Notes: a model not told the origin generated them from the letters alone. Numbered from the stretch's first letter, positions 23,572-31,930 are shown. The stretch: DNA of 32,000 nt from Pseudothioglobus sp. nBUS_23 (GCF_051201565.1 NZ_CP179200.1:870001-902000); one strand, 5' to 3'. Numbers and translations: made by a program.

Positions 23572-25060
23572 ATGAAGTATGTTCTCTGATAAAGTTTTCA
23601 GCTTTACTAAAAATCATTTCTTTTCGCTCTGGTTTGAGTCTATCTAAAAATGTAGCTTGAAGAGATAGTCTAGGATTGGATTGATAAAAACTCCTATTCT
23701 TTTCAATGAAACGCCAATAGAGGCCATCCACAATATCACACCACTCACCTTTCTTATAGTTACTCATTTTTAGGAAGTAATTAGATCCACAGGTGTATGG
23801 CTTTGTTGACATGAGACCACCGTCTGAATAGGTCGCCATGCCAAATACGTTAGGCACCATGACCCATTCTGACGAGTCGATGTTCATCTCCATAAACCAG
23901 CGATATATCTCTTTGGGATCAATTTCGCAAAGATTCATCAGGTTGCTGATAACCATGAGTCTAGGGATGTGGTGGTTGTAGCCATCCTGAATCGCAGTCT
24001 TAATTGAATCATCAAGTGGCAGTATTCCTGTAGATGCGTTATACCAGCTTTCTGTTAACTTGCCAGTATGATTCCAATAGTTATGATTCATTTGGTAGTC
24101 ACCCTTGACTTGATAGATGCCTCTAATAAATTCCCTCCAACCCAAAACCTGCCTGATAAAACCCTCAAGAGAGTTCATTGGAATTTGATACTCATCAGCA
24201 CAATTTAATAATGTTTGAATGACTTTTTTGGGGGATAAGAGTCCAATATTCAATGAGGAGCTAATGCAGCTATGAAATAGGAAGTTTTTACCCTCAAGCA
24301 TTGCATCCTCATAAATACCAAAATTACCCATCCTGTTTTTAATGAAGTCACTGAATTGATCCTCTGCATCCTTTCTTGTTACTGGAAACCAGGGATTCAT
24401 AAGAAGCCCAGGGTGTTCACTAAAGTGCTCATTAATAAGACTGCAGATGCTTTCATGGTGTTGAGACGTCTTGAACTTTGGCATCTCTGGGATAGGCGTT
24501 TTGGAAGGTATTTTTTTTCTATTGTCTTGATCAAACGACCACTTGCCACCAATCGGCTTTTGATTATCATCAATCAAGATATCAAACTTCTTTCTTCCTT
24601 TTTGATAGAAATTAGCCATTCTAAAGACTTTATTATCTTTCGTAATGGAGTGAAACTCATCTCTTGAGAATAAAAAGTTTGGCGATGCATGGACATTTGT
24701 CTTGATGTCGAGGTTAGCAATGCCCTCTAATATCTCTTTCTCAAATGGCTTATCTTCAATTTCAAAGAGATTAACCTGATTAATGTTGTTATTTATGAGG
24801 AAGCTTTCAAGGTGACTCAGGTATGACTCACTTTCATCTCTGTCGTTAAGTTTTGAGTAGTGAACAGAAATACCCGAGTCTTCGAGTTCATCTTTGTATT
24901 CACGCATTGCAGCTAGGAATAAGTAGAGTTTGAGCTTGTGGTGCTTTTCATATCGGCAGAGCTGAAAATCTTCTGACATGAAAACATGTTCACAGCCTAA
25001 ATTTATCAATAGGTTGGGCTCAAAAAGCTGGTTACCAAGGACTACATATACATTATTCAT
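23570..25060 (-). CDS. cryptochrome/photolyase-related protein of the CryPro / FeS-BCP (COG3046, PhrB/CryB-like) type
   Basis: N-terminal VLGNQL...HHKLKL, then GFIRQ.LGWREF.RG, HHIPRLM and KPY..GSNY..KMS motifs characteristic of this clade. The Fe-S Cys ligands appear to be missing (see findings). Confidence 0.85.
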   Translation of the reverse strand: MNNVYVVLGNQLFEPNLLINLGCEHVFMSEDFQLCRYEKHHKLKLYLFLAAMREYKDELEDSGISVHYSKLNDRDESESYLSHLESFLINNNINQVNLFEIEDKPFEKEILEGIANLDIKTNVHASPNFLFSRDEFHSITKDNKVFRMANFYQKGRKKFDILIDDNQKPIGGKWSFDQDNRKKIPSKTPIPEMPKFKTSQHHESICSLINEHFSEHPGLLMNPWFPVTRKDAEDQFSDFIKNRMGNFGIYEDAMLEGKNFLFHSCISSSLNIGLLSPKKVIQTLLNCADEYQIPMNSLEGFIRQVLGWREFIRGIYQVKGDYQMNHNYWNHTGKLTESWYNASTGILPLDDSIKTAIQDGYNHHIPRLMVISNLMNLCEIDPKEIYRWFMEMNIDSSEWVMVPNVFGMATYSDGGLMSTKPYTCGSNYFLKMSNYKKGEWCDIVDGLYWRFIEKNRSFYQSNPRLSLQATFLDRLKPERKEMIFSKAENFIREHTS

Positions 25061-25179
25061 TGAGAGACAATTTTAGTTAATTCACTAATCATCTATAGGG
25101 TAATTTTTAAAACTTTTTTGTGATAATTTATGCTTTAAAAAAGTGAGATAATATTATTAATTTCTTATTCCTCTGCTCC

Positions 25180-26121
25180 ATGCAATACAGATCAGCACAA
25201 CCCTTCGTTTCAGTGATTGGCGGTTTAAACATTGACCTTCAAGGCTCTTCTGTCAATCCGCTCGTTTTTAATGATTCAAATCCTGGAGAGATAGTCATGT
25301 CAGCTGGTGGAGTTGGAAGGAATATTGCTGAGAATATTTCTAAACTCAACATACATTCAAAGATATTGTCGTATGTTGGTAATGACGCGCTAGGAGATTT
25401 TGTCGTCAATAAATCTAGTTTATCTGGTGTTGATACTTCATTCATCAAAAAGCATAGCCATCTGCCTACAAGTCAGTATTTATCAGTTCTAGATGACAAT
25501 AACGATATGCTGGTATCGATATCAGACATGAGGATTATTGAAGAAATGACGATCCAGGACATTGATAAATGGAATCTAACTATTGAGCAAAGTAGTGCAA
25601 TCGTGGTTGATACTAATATTCCCATACCAGTCATAGAATATTTGACTGATAAATACAGTAATATCCCTTTGTTTTTGGATCCTGTCTCGTTTGCTAAAAC
25701 ATCTAAAATACTCAAACTAATTGGCAGATTCCACACCGTCAAGCCAAATAGATTAGAGACTGAACTTATCTCTGGGGTTAAGATTACCGATAACGAGAGT
25801 ATGCTCAAGGCAGCAAAAATAATTTTTGATATGGGTTGCAAGCAGATTTTTATTACCCTAGGGGAAGATGGGGTCTTTTATTATGACGGTGAAAATTTTG
25901 GACAATACCTTCATAAAGGGGTTAATATGATTAGCGCTAATGGCGCTGGAGATGCTTTTACTGCTGGTGTTGTATATGGATTTCTTAAGCTCAATGGCAT
26001 TAAAGAGACTGCTGAGTTTGCCTCTGCAGCAGCAGTGATTGCACTCAGAAGCGCCAATACTATTAGTGATGACTTGTCAGAAGAGCGAGTTAAATTATTA
26101 TTAAAGGAAGAGACAGCATGA
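25180..26121 (+). CDS. psuK: pseudouridine kinase (PfkB family)
   Basis: PfkB motifs (GG.G.N.A near the N-terminus, NGAGDAFTAG near the C-terminus). 313 aa. The stop overlaps the start of psuG (ATGA at 26118-26121). Confidence 0.8.
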   Translation: MQYRSAQPFVSVIGGLNIDLQGSSVNPLVFNDSNPGEIVMSAGGVGRNIAENISKLNIHSKILSYVGNDALGDFVVNKSSLSGVDTSFIKKHSHLPTSQYLSVLDDNNDMLVSISDMRIIEEMTIQDIDKWNLTIEQSSAIVVDTNIPIPVIEYLTDKYSNIPLFLDPVSFAKTSKILKLIGRFHTVKPNRLETELISGVKITDNESMLKAAKIIFDMGCKQIFITLGEDGVFYYDGENFGQYLHKGVNMISANGAGDAFTAGVVYGFLKLNGIKETAEFASAAAVIALRSANTISDDLSEERVKLLLKEETA

Positions 26122-27038
26122 AATATACTGACTACTTAGACATTCATCCTGATGTCGAGAAAGCAATAAAAAATAAGGAGCCAGTTGTCGCACTTGAGTC
26201 GACCATTATCTCACATGGAATGCCTTACCCTAAAAACGTTGAGACTGCTCTGATGGTTGAGGATACTGTCCGATCTAATAAAGCTGTACCAGCTACTATT
26301 GCCATTATTAATGGGCGATTAAAGGTTGGACTAACTAATGAAGAGATTGAGTTTTTAGCGACTAATGAGGAGGTTAAAAAAGTCTCTAGGAGAGATCTTC
26401 CTATAACCGTAGCTCAGAAGCTTTCAGGTTCTACGACAGTTGCGTCAACGATGATTATTGCAAGTCTTGCCAAAATAGCCGTATTTGCTACTGGAGGCAT
26501 TGGAGGGGTTCATAGAGGCGCTGAAAATACTCTAGATATTTCGGCCGATTTAGAAGAGCTTGCTAACACAAATGTCTGTGTTGTCTGTGCAGGAGCTAAG
26601 GCAATCTTGGATATAGGGCTTACACTGGAGTATCTTGAAACAAAAGGTGTCCCAGTGATTGGCTACAAGACATCAGAGCTTCCAGCTTTTTACTCATCAG
26701 AATCTGGCTTTGATGTCGACTATAAGATCGACTCAGCGCTTGAAATTGCGGAGATACTAAAAACCAAATGGAGCTTGTCTATTGATGGCGGCGTATTAGT
26801 TACAAATCCGATACCTGTAGCCTTTGAGCTTGAGAGCAGCATTATGAATGAGGCCATTAATGAGGCCATTATTGAGGCGAACAATGAAAACATTTCTGGT
26901 AAGGAAATTACTCCTTATTTGTTGTCTAAAGTCAACGAATTAACTGAGGGCAAGAGTTTGGATGCAAACATTAAACTAATTCAAAATAACGCGAATTTAG
27001 CGTCAAAGATTGCGCTCCATTACTCAAACCAGGACTAG
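26118..27038 (+). CDS. psuG: pseudouridine-5'-phosphate glycosidase (IndA/YeiN family)
   Basis: VALESTIISHGMPYP, GGIGGVHRG and VCAGAKAILD motifs. 306 aa. Confidence 0.9.
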   Translation: MKYTDYLDIHPDVEKAIKNKEPVVALESTIISHGMPYPKNVETALMVEDTVRSNKAVPATIAIINGRLKVGLTNEEIEFLATNEEVKKVSRRDLPITVAQKLSGSTTVASTMIIASLAKIAVFATGGIGGVHRGAENTLDISADLEELANTNVCVVCAGAKAILDIGLTLEYLETKGVPVIGYKTSELPAFYSSESGFDVDYKIDSALEIAEILKTKWSLSIDGGVLVTNPIPVAFELESSIMNEAINEAIIEANNENISGKEITPYLLSKVNELTEGKSLDANIKLIQNNANLASKIALHYSNQD

Positions 27039-27449
27039 TTATTTTTCTCGAACAAAGAAATTAAAAACTAAAATCAGTGAAACAACAAAGAGAAAAAGCA
27101 TAATTAGGATGCCTTGATCCGATTTAATGTAGCGGTCAATGAATGTTTGTGCATTGCTATTCGATGAAATGACCTCATCTGTTTGTTCATCAGTGGAAGG
27201 CTCTGAATTCTTTTGCTCAGCAAGCTTTTTTTGAATGAGTGCCTCTATTTCTTTTTGCCCTTGCTGTATCTCTTCATCTTGAACAATTTCATCATTCTCT
27301 TGTAAAAAGCGAGGGGTTGCATCTTCATCAATGTTTTGTTCTGTATTGAGAGAGTTAAGAGGAAGTTGCTGATCTCTGTCATCGCCTCCAGAATAGGATG
27401 TTGAGGCTAAACAAAGAGTAAAAATAAGGGCTAATAATTTATATTTCAT
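27039..27449 (-). CDS. acidic protein with N-terminal signal peptide and C-terminal TM anchor
   Basis: SD GGAGAG, signal peptide MKYKLLALIFTLCLASTSYS, a Glu/Asp/Gln-rich middle and a hydrophobic C-terminus ILIMLFLFVVSLILVFNFFV. Confidence 0.55.
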   Translation of the reverse strand: MKYKLLALIFTLCLASTSYSGGDDRDQQLPLNSLNTEQNIDEDATPRFLQENDEIVQDEEIQQGQKEIEALIQKKLAEQKNSEPSTDEQTDEVISSNSNAQTFIDRYIKSDQGILIMLFLFVVSLILVFNFFVREK

Positions 27450-27562
27450 ATGCTCTCCAATGATATACGTTTTAAATTATCAATCATAAAAAAATAATTC
27501 TTGTAATATTTATTTATTCGATTCTGATAATATGTATTCATTTAATTAATCCGGAGATTGAG

Positions 27563-27754
27563 ATGGCTACATATGAATGTGATAATTGTGGAATGTCTGT
27601 AAATGCAACCTGTGCTAAGTGTGATGAACCTTTGGTTGATGACTCACTTAAGCTTGATGATGGGAATTCAGTTCAAATTTCAAAATGTCCTAATGGGCAC
27701 GGTAAAATCAAATCACCAATGTGCTGTGGGAACGATATGAGCTGCGCTATCTAG
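27563..27754 (+). CDS. small Cys-rich protein (63 aa; 9 Cys, 2 His), putative zinc-ribbon/metal-binding protein
   Basis: SD GGAGA 5 nt upstream. Cys pattern: C6xxC9...C17xxC20...C42PNGH46...C54C55...C61. It ends 14 nt before the next gene. Confidence 0.6.
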   Translation: MATYECDNCGMSVNATCAKCDEPLVDDSLKLDDGNSVQISKCPNGHGKIKSPMCCGNDMSCAI

Positions 27755-27768
27755 TCTAGAAGAATCCC

Positions 27769-28602
27769 ATGAGTAAGCTGCTTAACTCTGATCAGATTGA
27801 TCAGTATAAAAGAGATGGTGCTGTCCTAATCAAAGGTAAGTTTGATTCAGAGTGGATTGAAAAGCTCAAAAAAGGAATCTTTAAAGATATTAAAAACCCT
27901 AGCCCACGTTTTGTGAGGCACACCAAAGATGATAATGCGCCAGGTTACTATGAAGATTTTTGGACCTGGGATCTTTTTAATGAGTTTAAGGATTTTGTCT
28001 TCAATTCGCCAACATCCCAGCTGGCTTCAGAGTTGATGAATGCTGAACAAGTCAATCTTGTTATGGATAACTGGTTTCTAAGGGAGGCAGAATCTAAATC
28101 AGGAGCTCCATTCCATCACGATATTTCATACTTTGACTTTGAGGGGTCGATGTGTGTTTTATGGCTCCCGCTTGAGCCTGTCCCCAAAGAAGAAGCGATA
28201 GCATGGATTAAGGGGTCACATCTTTGGGATAAGCTTTATATTCGAACTCGATTCCAAGAGGGCCACCCTGATGATGGAGTGGCTGGAATAGTCAACGGTA
28301 AAAGTTATGACATTACTCCTAATATTCTTGAAAACAAGGATAACTATGAGTTTTTGCATTGGGACCTAGAAATTGGTGATTGTGTCTTTTTTGACATTCG
28401 CACACTTCATGGAAGCCTAAGCCAATCAATGCCAAAGAATGACATTCATAGGTATACACTTAGAATGGCTAAAGAAGGCTCTAGAATTGAGTATCGAGGG
28501 GATTGGGCCCAAGCTGAAAGAGCCATAATGGAGTCAAATGGTTATCGAAATGGTGACGATTTATCCGGAAAAATGTTTCCAACATTGTACCAAAGGACTT
28601 GA
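27769..28602 (+). CDS. phytanoyl-CoA dioxygenase (PhyH) family Fe(II)/2OG oxygenase, paralogue of 4264..5121
   Basis: Q..Y..DG.....FDSEWI N-terminus shared with the other copy. HxD in PFHHDISYF and a distal His in RTLHGS. Confidence 0.85.
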   Translation: MSKLLNSDQIDQYKRDGAVLIKGKFDSEWIEKLKKGIFKDIKNPSPRFVRHTKDDNAPGYYEDFWTWDLFNEFKDFVFNSPTSQLASELMNAEQVNLVMDNWFLREAESKSGAPFHHDISYFDFEGSMCVLWLPLEPVPKEEAIAWIKGSHLWDKLYIRTRFQEGHPDDGVAGIVNGKSYDITPNILENKDNYEFLHWDLEIGDCVFFDIRTLHGSLSQSMPKNDIHRYTLRMAKEGSRIEYRGDWAQAERAIMESNGYRNGDDLSGKMFPTLYQRT

Positions 28603-29396
28603 TGATGAATGACTTAGGGTTGACTGTTTTCGATTTAAAAAATCTCAAGGGAAAAAGAACTGTTAAGTTTGTTCAAGTGGATACGTTAGATCAAGCAATT
28701 GCAGCTAAAGAGGCTGGCATAGAAATGATTGGTACCGGGTATTCTGAATCCAAGTCGCACTATCCAAGCTCGCTCAAAGGAATTCATTTTCAGTTTGGAT
28801 TGCAGTGGGGAGAGCATGCTAATGCAGATGAAGCTTTAAGAAGTGCTATGCAAGCAATGAATCACGGTGCCCAGTCTATTTATTGCCCTATGAGCCCTCA
28901 AGTTATTGAAGTTTTAGCGAGAGAAGGGGTTCCTGTTATTGCACATGCTGGGCTTATACCTCCAAAAATTACTTTGACTGGTGGTTACAGGGCTGTTGGT
29001 AAATCTTTAGAGGAGGCAAAAGCTGTCTGGAAACTAGCTAAGAGCTATGAATCTGCAGGCGCTTTTGCAATTGAACTAGAGGTTGTTCCGGATAGTCTTG
29101 CAAAAGAGATTACTGATAGAACCTCTTTATTTACTATCTCATTGGGTTCTGGAGCTGACTGTGACGCTCAATATTTATTTTCTGCAGATATTTTGGGTGA
29201 AAATAAAGATTTTATTCCTAGGCATGCCAAGAAGTATAGAGACTTATCCAGCGAATATGAAAGATTACATCATGAGAGAGTAAAAGCCTACAAAGAGTAT
29301 ATCGAGGACGTTGAAAACAATGTATTTGCCAACAAGGAATTCTCAGTTAGTCTCAATGATGGTGTATTTATGGAATTCATCAAAAGTATTGAATAA
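28602..29396 (+). CDS. PanB-fold (ketopantoate hydroxymethyltransferase family) protein, divergent
   Basis: The C-terminal half aligns with PanB (GVPVIAHAGLIPPK...GGYRAVGK, AIELEVVP..LAKEIT, SLGSGADCDAQ, PRHAKKY). The N-terminal GDS-type motif is absent. ATG 28602 overlaps the upstream TGA. Confidence 0.7.
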   Translation: MMNDLGLTVFDLKNLKGKRTVKFVQVDTLDQAIAAKEAGIEMIGTGYSESKSHYPSSLKGIHFQFGLQWGEHANADEALRSAMQAMNHGAQSIYCPMSPQVIEVLAREGVPVIAHAGLIPPKITLTGGYRAVGKSLEEAKAVWKLAKSYESAGAFAIELEVVPDSLAKEITDRTSLFTISLGSGADCDAQYLFSADILGENKDFIPRHAKKYRDLSSEYERLHHERVKAYKEYIEDVENNVFANKEFSVSLNDGVFMEFIKSIE

Positions 29397-29415
29397 TAAA
29401 AGATCTTTTGAGTGA

Positions 29416-30294
29416 TTACTTCTTAAACGCCTGCTTTAGATAATCCACCATTACTCTCACTTTTGATGGTGTAAATCGTCGTGAAAGCCTCACAACATAC
29501 AACGTGTTGGGTTCAATTTTATTGTCCTTGACAATGCTAATTAATTTTCCATCATTGATATCTTGCTTGACAAAGAATAAAGGCAAAGCGGCGATACCTA
29601 TTCCATTTATCACAGCATTTCTCATCACATCACCATTATTAGCTGTGAAACGAATTTTTGGGTCAACATTCAAATCTAAGGGTATTTGAAGATTATTGGT
29701 TGCCAAACTGTAACCTACAAAACTATGCTCTTGTAATTCATCAATATTTTTTGGTTCACCGTTTGTTTTCAAATATTCAGGTGATGCACAGATTACTATG
29801 GGAATAGGGCATAATGCGGTAGCAATTAATGATGAGTCTTTGATATTTTTGCCAATTCGAAGAGCTATGTCTATTCCTTCTGCCTGAAGGTCGGTTAGGC
29901 TATCCTCTAACTTTAAGTTAATACTAATATCAGGATAACTGTTCATAAATTCTGGAAGAATTGGAGATAGATGATTTAATCCAAAACTCATTGGTGCTGC
30001 AATCCTGAGTTCGCCTTTTGGTTCGACCTTGCCCTCTCTGATTCTATCTTCTGAGCATTCGACACTTGTTAAGATATTTTTAACATCATCAAGATACTGT
30101 TCGCCAGCCTCAGTTAAGTTTATATTCCTTGTAGTGCGGTTAAGTAGTCTTACTCCTAATGCAGATTCTAAGGTATTAATACGACGACTCACTGTTGCAG
30201 CACTTGTGCTTAGTCTATCTGCAGCTAAATTAAAACTTCCTGCTTCAACCACAGCCTTAAATGTCTCTAAATCAGTAAAAGTATATTGTTTCAT
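29416..30294 (-). CDS. LysR-family transcriptional regulator
   Basis: N-terminal wHTH LETFKAVVEAGSFNLAADRLSTSAATVSRRINTLESALGVRLLNR followed by a LysR substrate-binding domain. I prefer ATG 30294 over the ORF-track TTG 30303. Confidence 0.9.
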   Translation of the reverse strand: MKQYTFTDLETFKAVVEAGSFNLAADRLSTSAATVSRRINTLESALGVRLLNRTTRNINLTEAGEQYLDDVKNILTSVECSEDRIREGKVEPKGELRIAAPMSFGLNHLSPILPEFMNSYPDISINLKLEDSLTDLQAEGIDIALRIGKNIKDSSLIATALCPIPIVICASPEYLKTNGEPKNIDELQEHSFVGYSLATNNLQIPLDLNVDPKIRFTANNGDVMRNAVINGIGIAALPLFFVKQDINDGKLISIVKDNKIEPNTLYVVRLSRRFTPSKVRVMVDYLKQAFKK

Positions 30295-30409
30295 ATTATG
30301 CAATAGTATATTAATAAAGTCGATATTTATTGCATATTGTAAATCATTATAATTTTGTTTTCAATGACTCATCGCTATTTATCTGCAGAGGCGTAGCAAT
30401 ATTTAGTCA

Positions 30410-30443
30410 GCCAGAACTATAAGTCAAAATCTGGCGTTTTTTT
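30410..30443 (+). terminator. terminator/attenuator-like hairpin plus T7 tract in the leader of the 49-aa ORF
   Basis: GCCAGA-N14-TCTGGC then GTTTTTTT. The stem is short (6 bp) and the loop long, so support is weak. Confidence 0.3.
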
Positions 30444-30463
30444 AATAAACTAAAGGAAGAATA

Positions 30464-30613
30464 ATGGCTAATGTAAAAAAAGAAAATGGAACCTGTGGAT
30501 GCGGAAGGTCACCCACTGGCGATTGTATCGGTTGGCATATGTTAACTGAAGAGGAATATGCATCAAAAACTGAGGCTGATAAAGAGGCTGTGTTTGAGCA
30601 AAGTGAAAGCTAG
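30464..30613 (+). CDS. small protein (49 aa) with CDGSH-like 3Cys-1His motif, below ORF-track cutoff
   Basis: SD AAGGAAG 4 nt upstream. Translation: MANVKKENGTCGCGRSPTGDCIGWHMLTEEEYASKTEADKEAVFEQSES. The C-x-C-x2-S-x4-C-x3-H spacing is one residue shorter than the CDGSH signature. A strong hairpin follows. Confidence 0.5.
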   Translation: MANVKKENGTCGCGRSPTGDCIGWHMLTEEEYASKTEADKEAVFEQSES

Positions 30614-30626
30614 AATAGTTAAAAAT

Positions 30627-30651
30627 TGCAGCTCCTAACCACGGAGCTGCA
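30627..30651 (-). terminator. perfect 9-bp hairpin between convergent genes; intrinsic terminator for the minus-strand PLP-enzyme gene
   Basis: TGCAGCTCC-N7-GGAGCTGCA. On the minus strand it is followed by ATTTTTAAC; there is no T-tract on the plus strand. Confidence 0.5.
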
Positions 30652-30676
30652 TACCATTAACACCAACAAGAATAAA

Positions 30677-31912
30677 TTATATTTGTTTTAAAGCACTAAT
30701 GAGTTTGCTTACATCTTCATGATTATTGTAGTGAACCATGCTGGTTCTTACAACACCATCATCCACGTCTATACTCAGAGCCATTAAACATCTCCAGGCA
30801 TAGAAATTATCATTCCTTGTTGCAATCCCATGCTTTACAAGCTCACTACTTAAATCTTTGGATGACTTGTTTTTCATGGTAAAGGCAATTGTTGGCGCTC
30901 TATCTTTGCCAGTGATTGTTTTCTTGCCGATGAGTCTTATGTCACTTCTATTACTCAAGTAATCAAGAAGTGGATTTGCAATCTCCTTTTCATGTTCTGC
31001 AATTAATTCATTTACCTTATGAATTTTCTCTCTAATAGGAGGGTTTTCACCAGGGAAGTGGTGCTCAAAGAGGTTCATAAAGTATTCATAAACTCCAACT
31101 AAACATGAGAGCTCTTCATGATTTGGACCACCTGGATTAAGAGTGTAGGGCACATCACCCTCTAAAAACTCATGATTTTGATTAGGTAGTTGATTAAGAA
31201 TCTCTTTTTTTCCATACAAAAGACCTAAATGAGGCCCATACGTCTTATAAAGACTAAAAGCATAAAAATCAACGTCTAGGCTCTTTACATCTGGGAATCC
31301 ATGGGGAGCATAAGAGACACCATCTCCAACGATGAATGCATCGTATTGATGGACCAGTTCAGCGATTGATTTTAGATCGTTAATAGAGCCAACGATGTTA
31401 GAGCAATGAGTAACGGCAACAATCCTTGTTTTCTCAGATAGGAGTTCTTTAAGGTCATCCACATCAAGCTCGGCAGTATCGCTATTGGTTTGCCATTCTT
31501 TGACCACCATGCCGTGCTCGGCTAATCGTCTCCAGGCGCCAATGTTAGCCTCATGATCCTGGTTCGTAACAATAACCTCATCACCAGGCTTCAAGAGGCT
31601 TCTTATAGCATTGGATAAGACATACATGTTCATCGTTGTAGAGCTACCAATAATGATTTCATCGTTTCCAGCATTAATCATTTCAGCAAAATAATTAGTT
31701 GCTTTATCCATATTTTCTCCAGCTATAGCCGAGGTATCAAACTCTGCGTATGGCTGAACTTTAGTAGAGGTCATAAAATGATTTAAGCGCTCGATTACAG
31801 TAGATGGGACATAGCTTCCACCAGCATTTTCAAAAAAGGACCATTTGGCACTTAATGGATCATTAAAAGCTGGGAATTGTGTTCTTACATAATCAATGTC
31901 AAGTTTTGGCAT
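30677..31912 (-). CDS. class V aminotransferase-fold PLP enzyme (cysteine-desulfurase-like family)
   Basis: Motifs THCSN(I)VG, DGVSYAPH and the PLP-lysine motif FSLYKTYGPHLG. 411 aa. SD AAGGAG. Confidence 0.85.
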   Translation of the reverse strand: MPKLDIDYVRTQFPAFNDPLSAKWSFFENAGGSYVPSTVIERLNHFMTSTKVQPYAEFDTSAIAGENMDKATNYFAEMINAGNDEIIIGSSTTMNMYVLSNAIRSLLKPGDEVIVTNQDHEANIGAWRRLAEHGMVVKEWQTNSDTAELDVDDLKELLSEKTRIVAVTHCSNIVGSINDLKSIAELVHQYDAFIVGDGVSYAPHGFPDVKSLDVDFYAFSLYKTYGPHLGLLYGKKEILNQLPNQNHEFLEGDVPYTLNPGGPNHEELSCLVGVYEYFMNLFEHHFPGENPPIREKIHKVNELIAEHEKEIANPLLDYLSNRSDIRLIGKKTITGKDRAPTIAFTMKNKSSKDLSSELVKHGIATRNDNFYAWRCLMALSIDVDDGVVRTSMVHYNNHEDVSKLISALKQI

Positions 31913-31930
31913 GATTTCTCCTTAAATCAA

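Noticed and set aside
24130-24139. 10-nt match (ATTCCCTCCA) to the att-like fragment, as a possible second att repeat
   Set aside because: It lies inside the conserved GWREF codons of the photolyase-related gene on the opposite coding strand. It is short and does not extend into the CCACCA end, so it is most likely coincidental.
29398-29409. Perfect palindrome AAAAGATCTTTT between the convergent PanB-like and LysR genes
   Set aside because: It has no loop and is AT-only apart from the central GATC. It is unlikely to act as a terminator and could simply be chance in AT-rich DNA.
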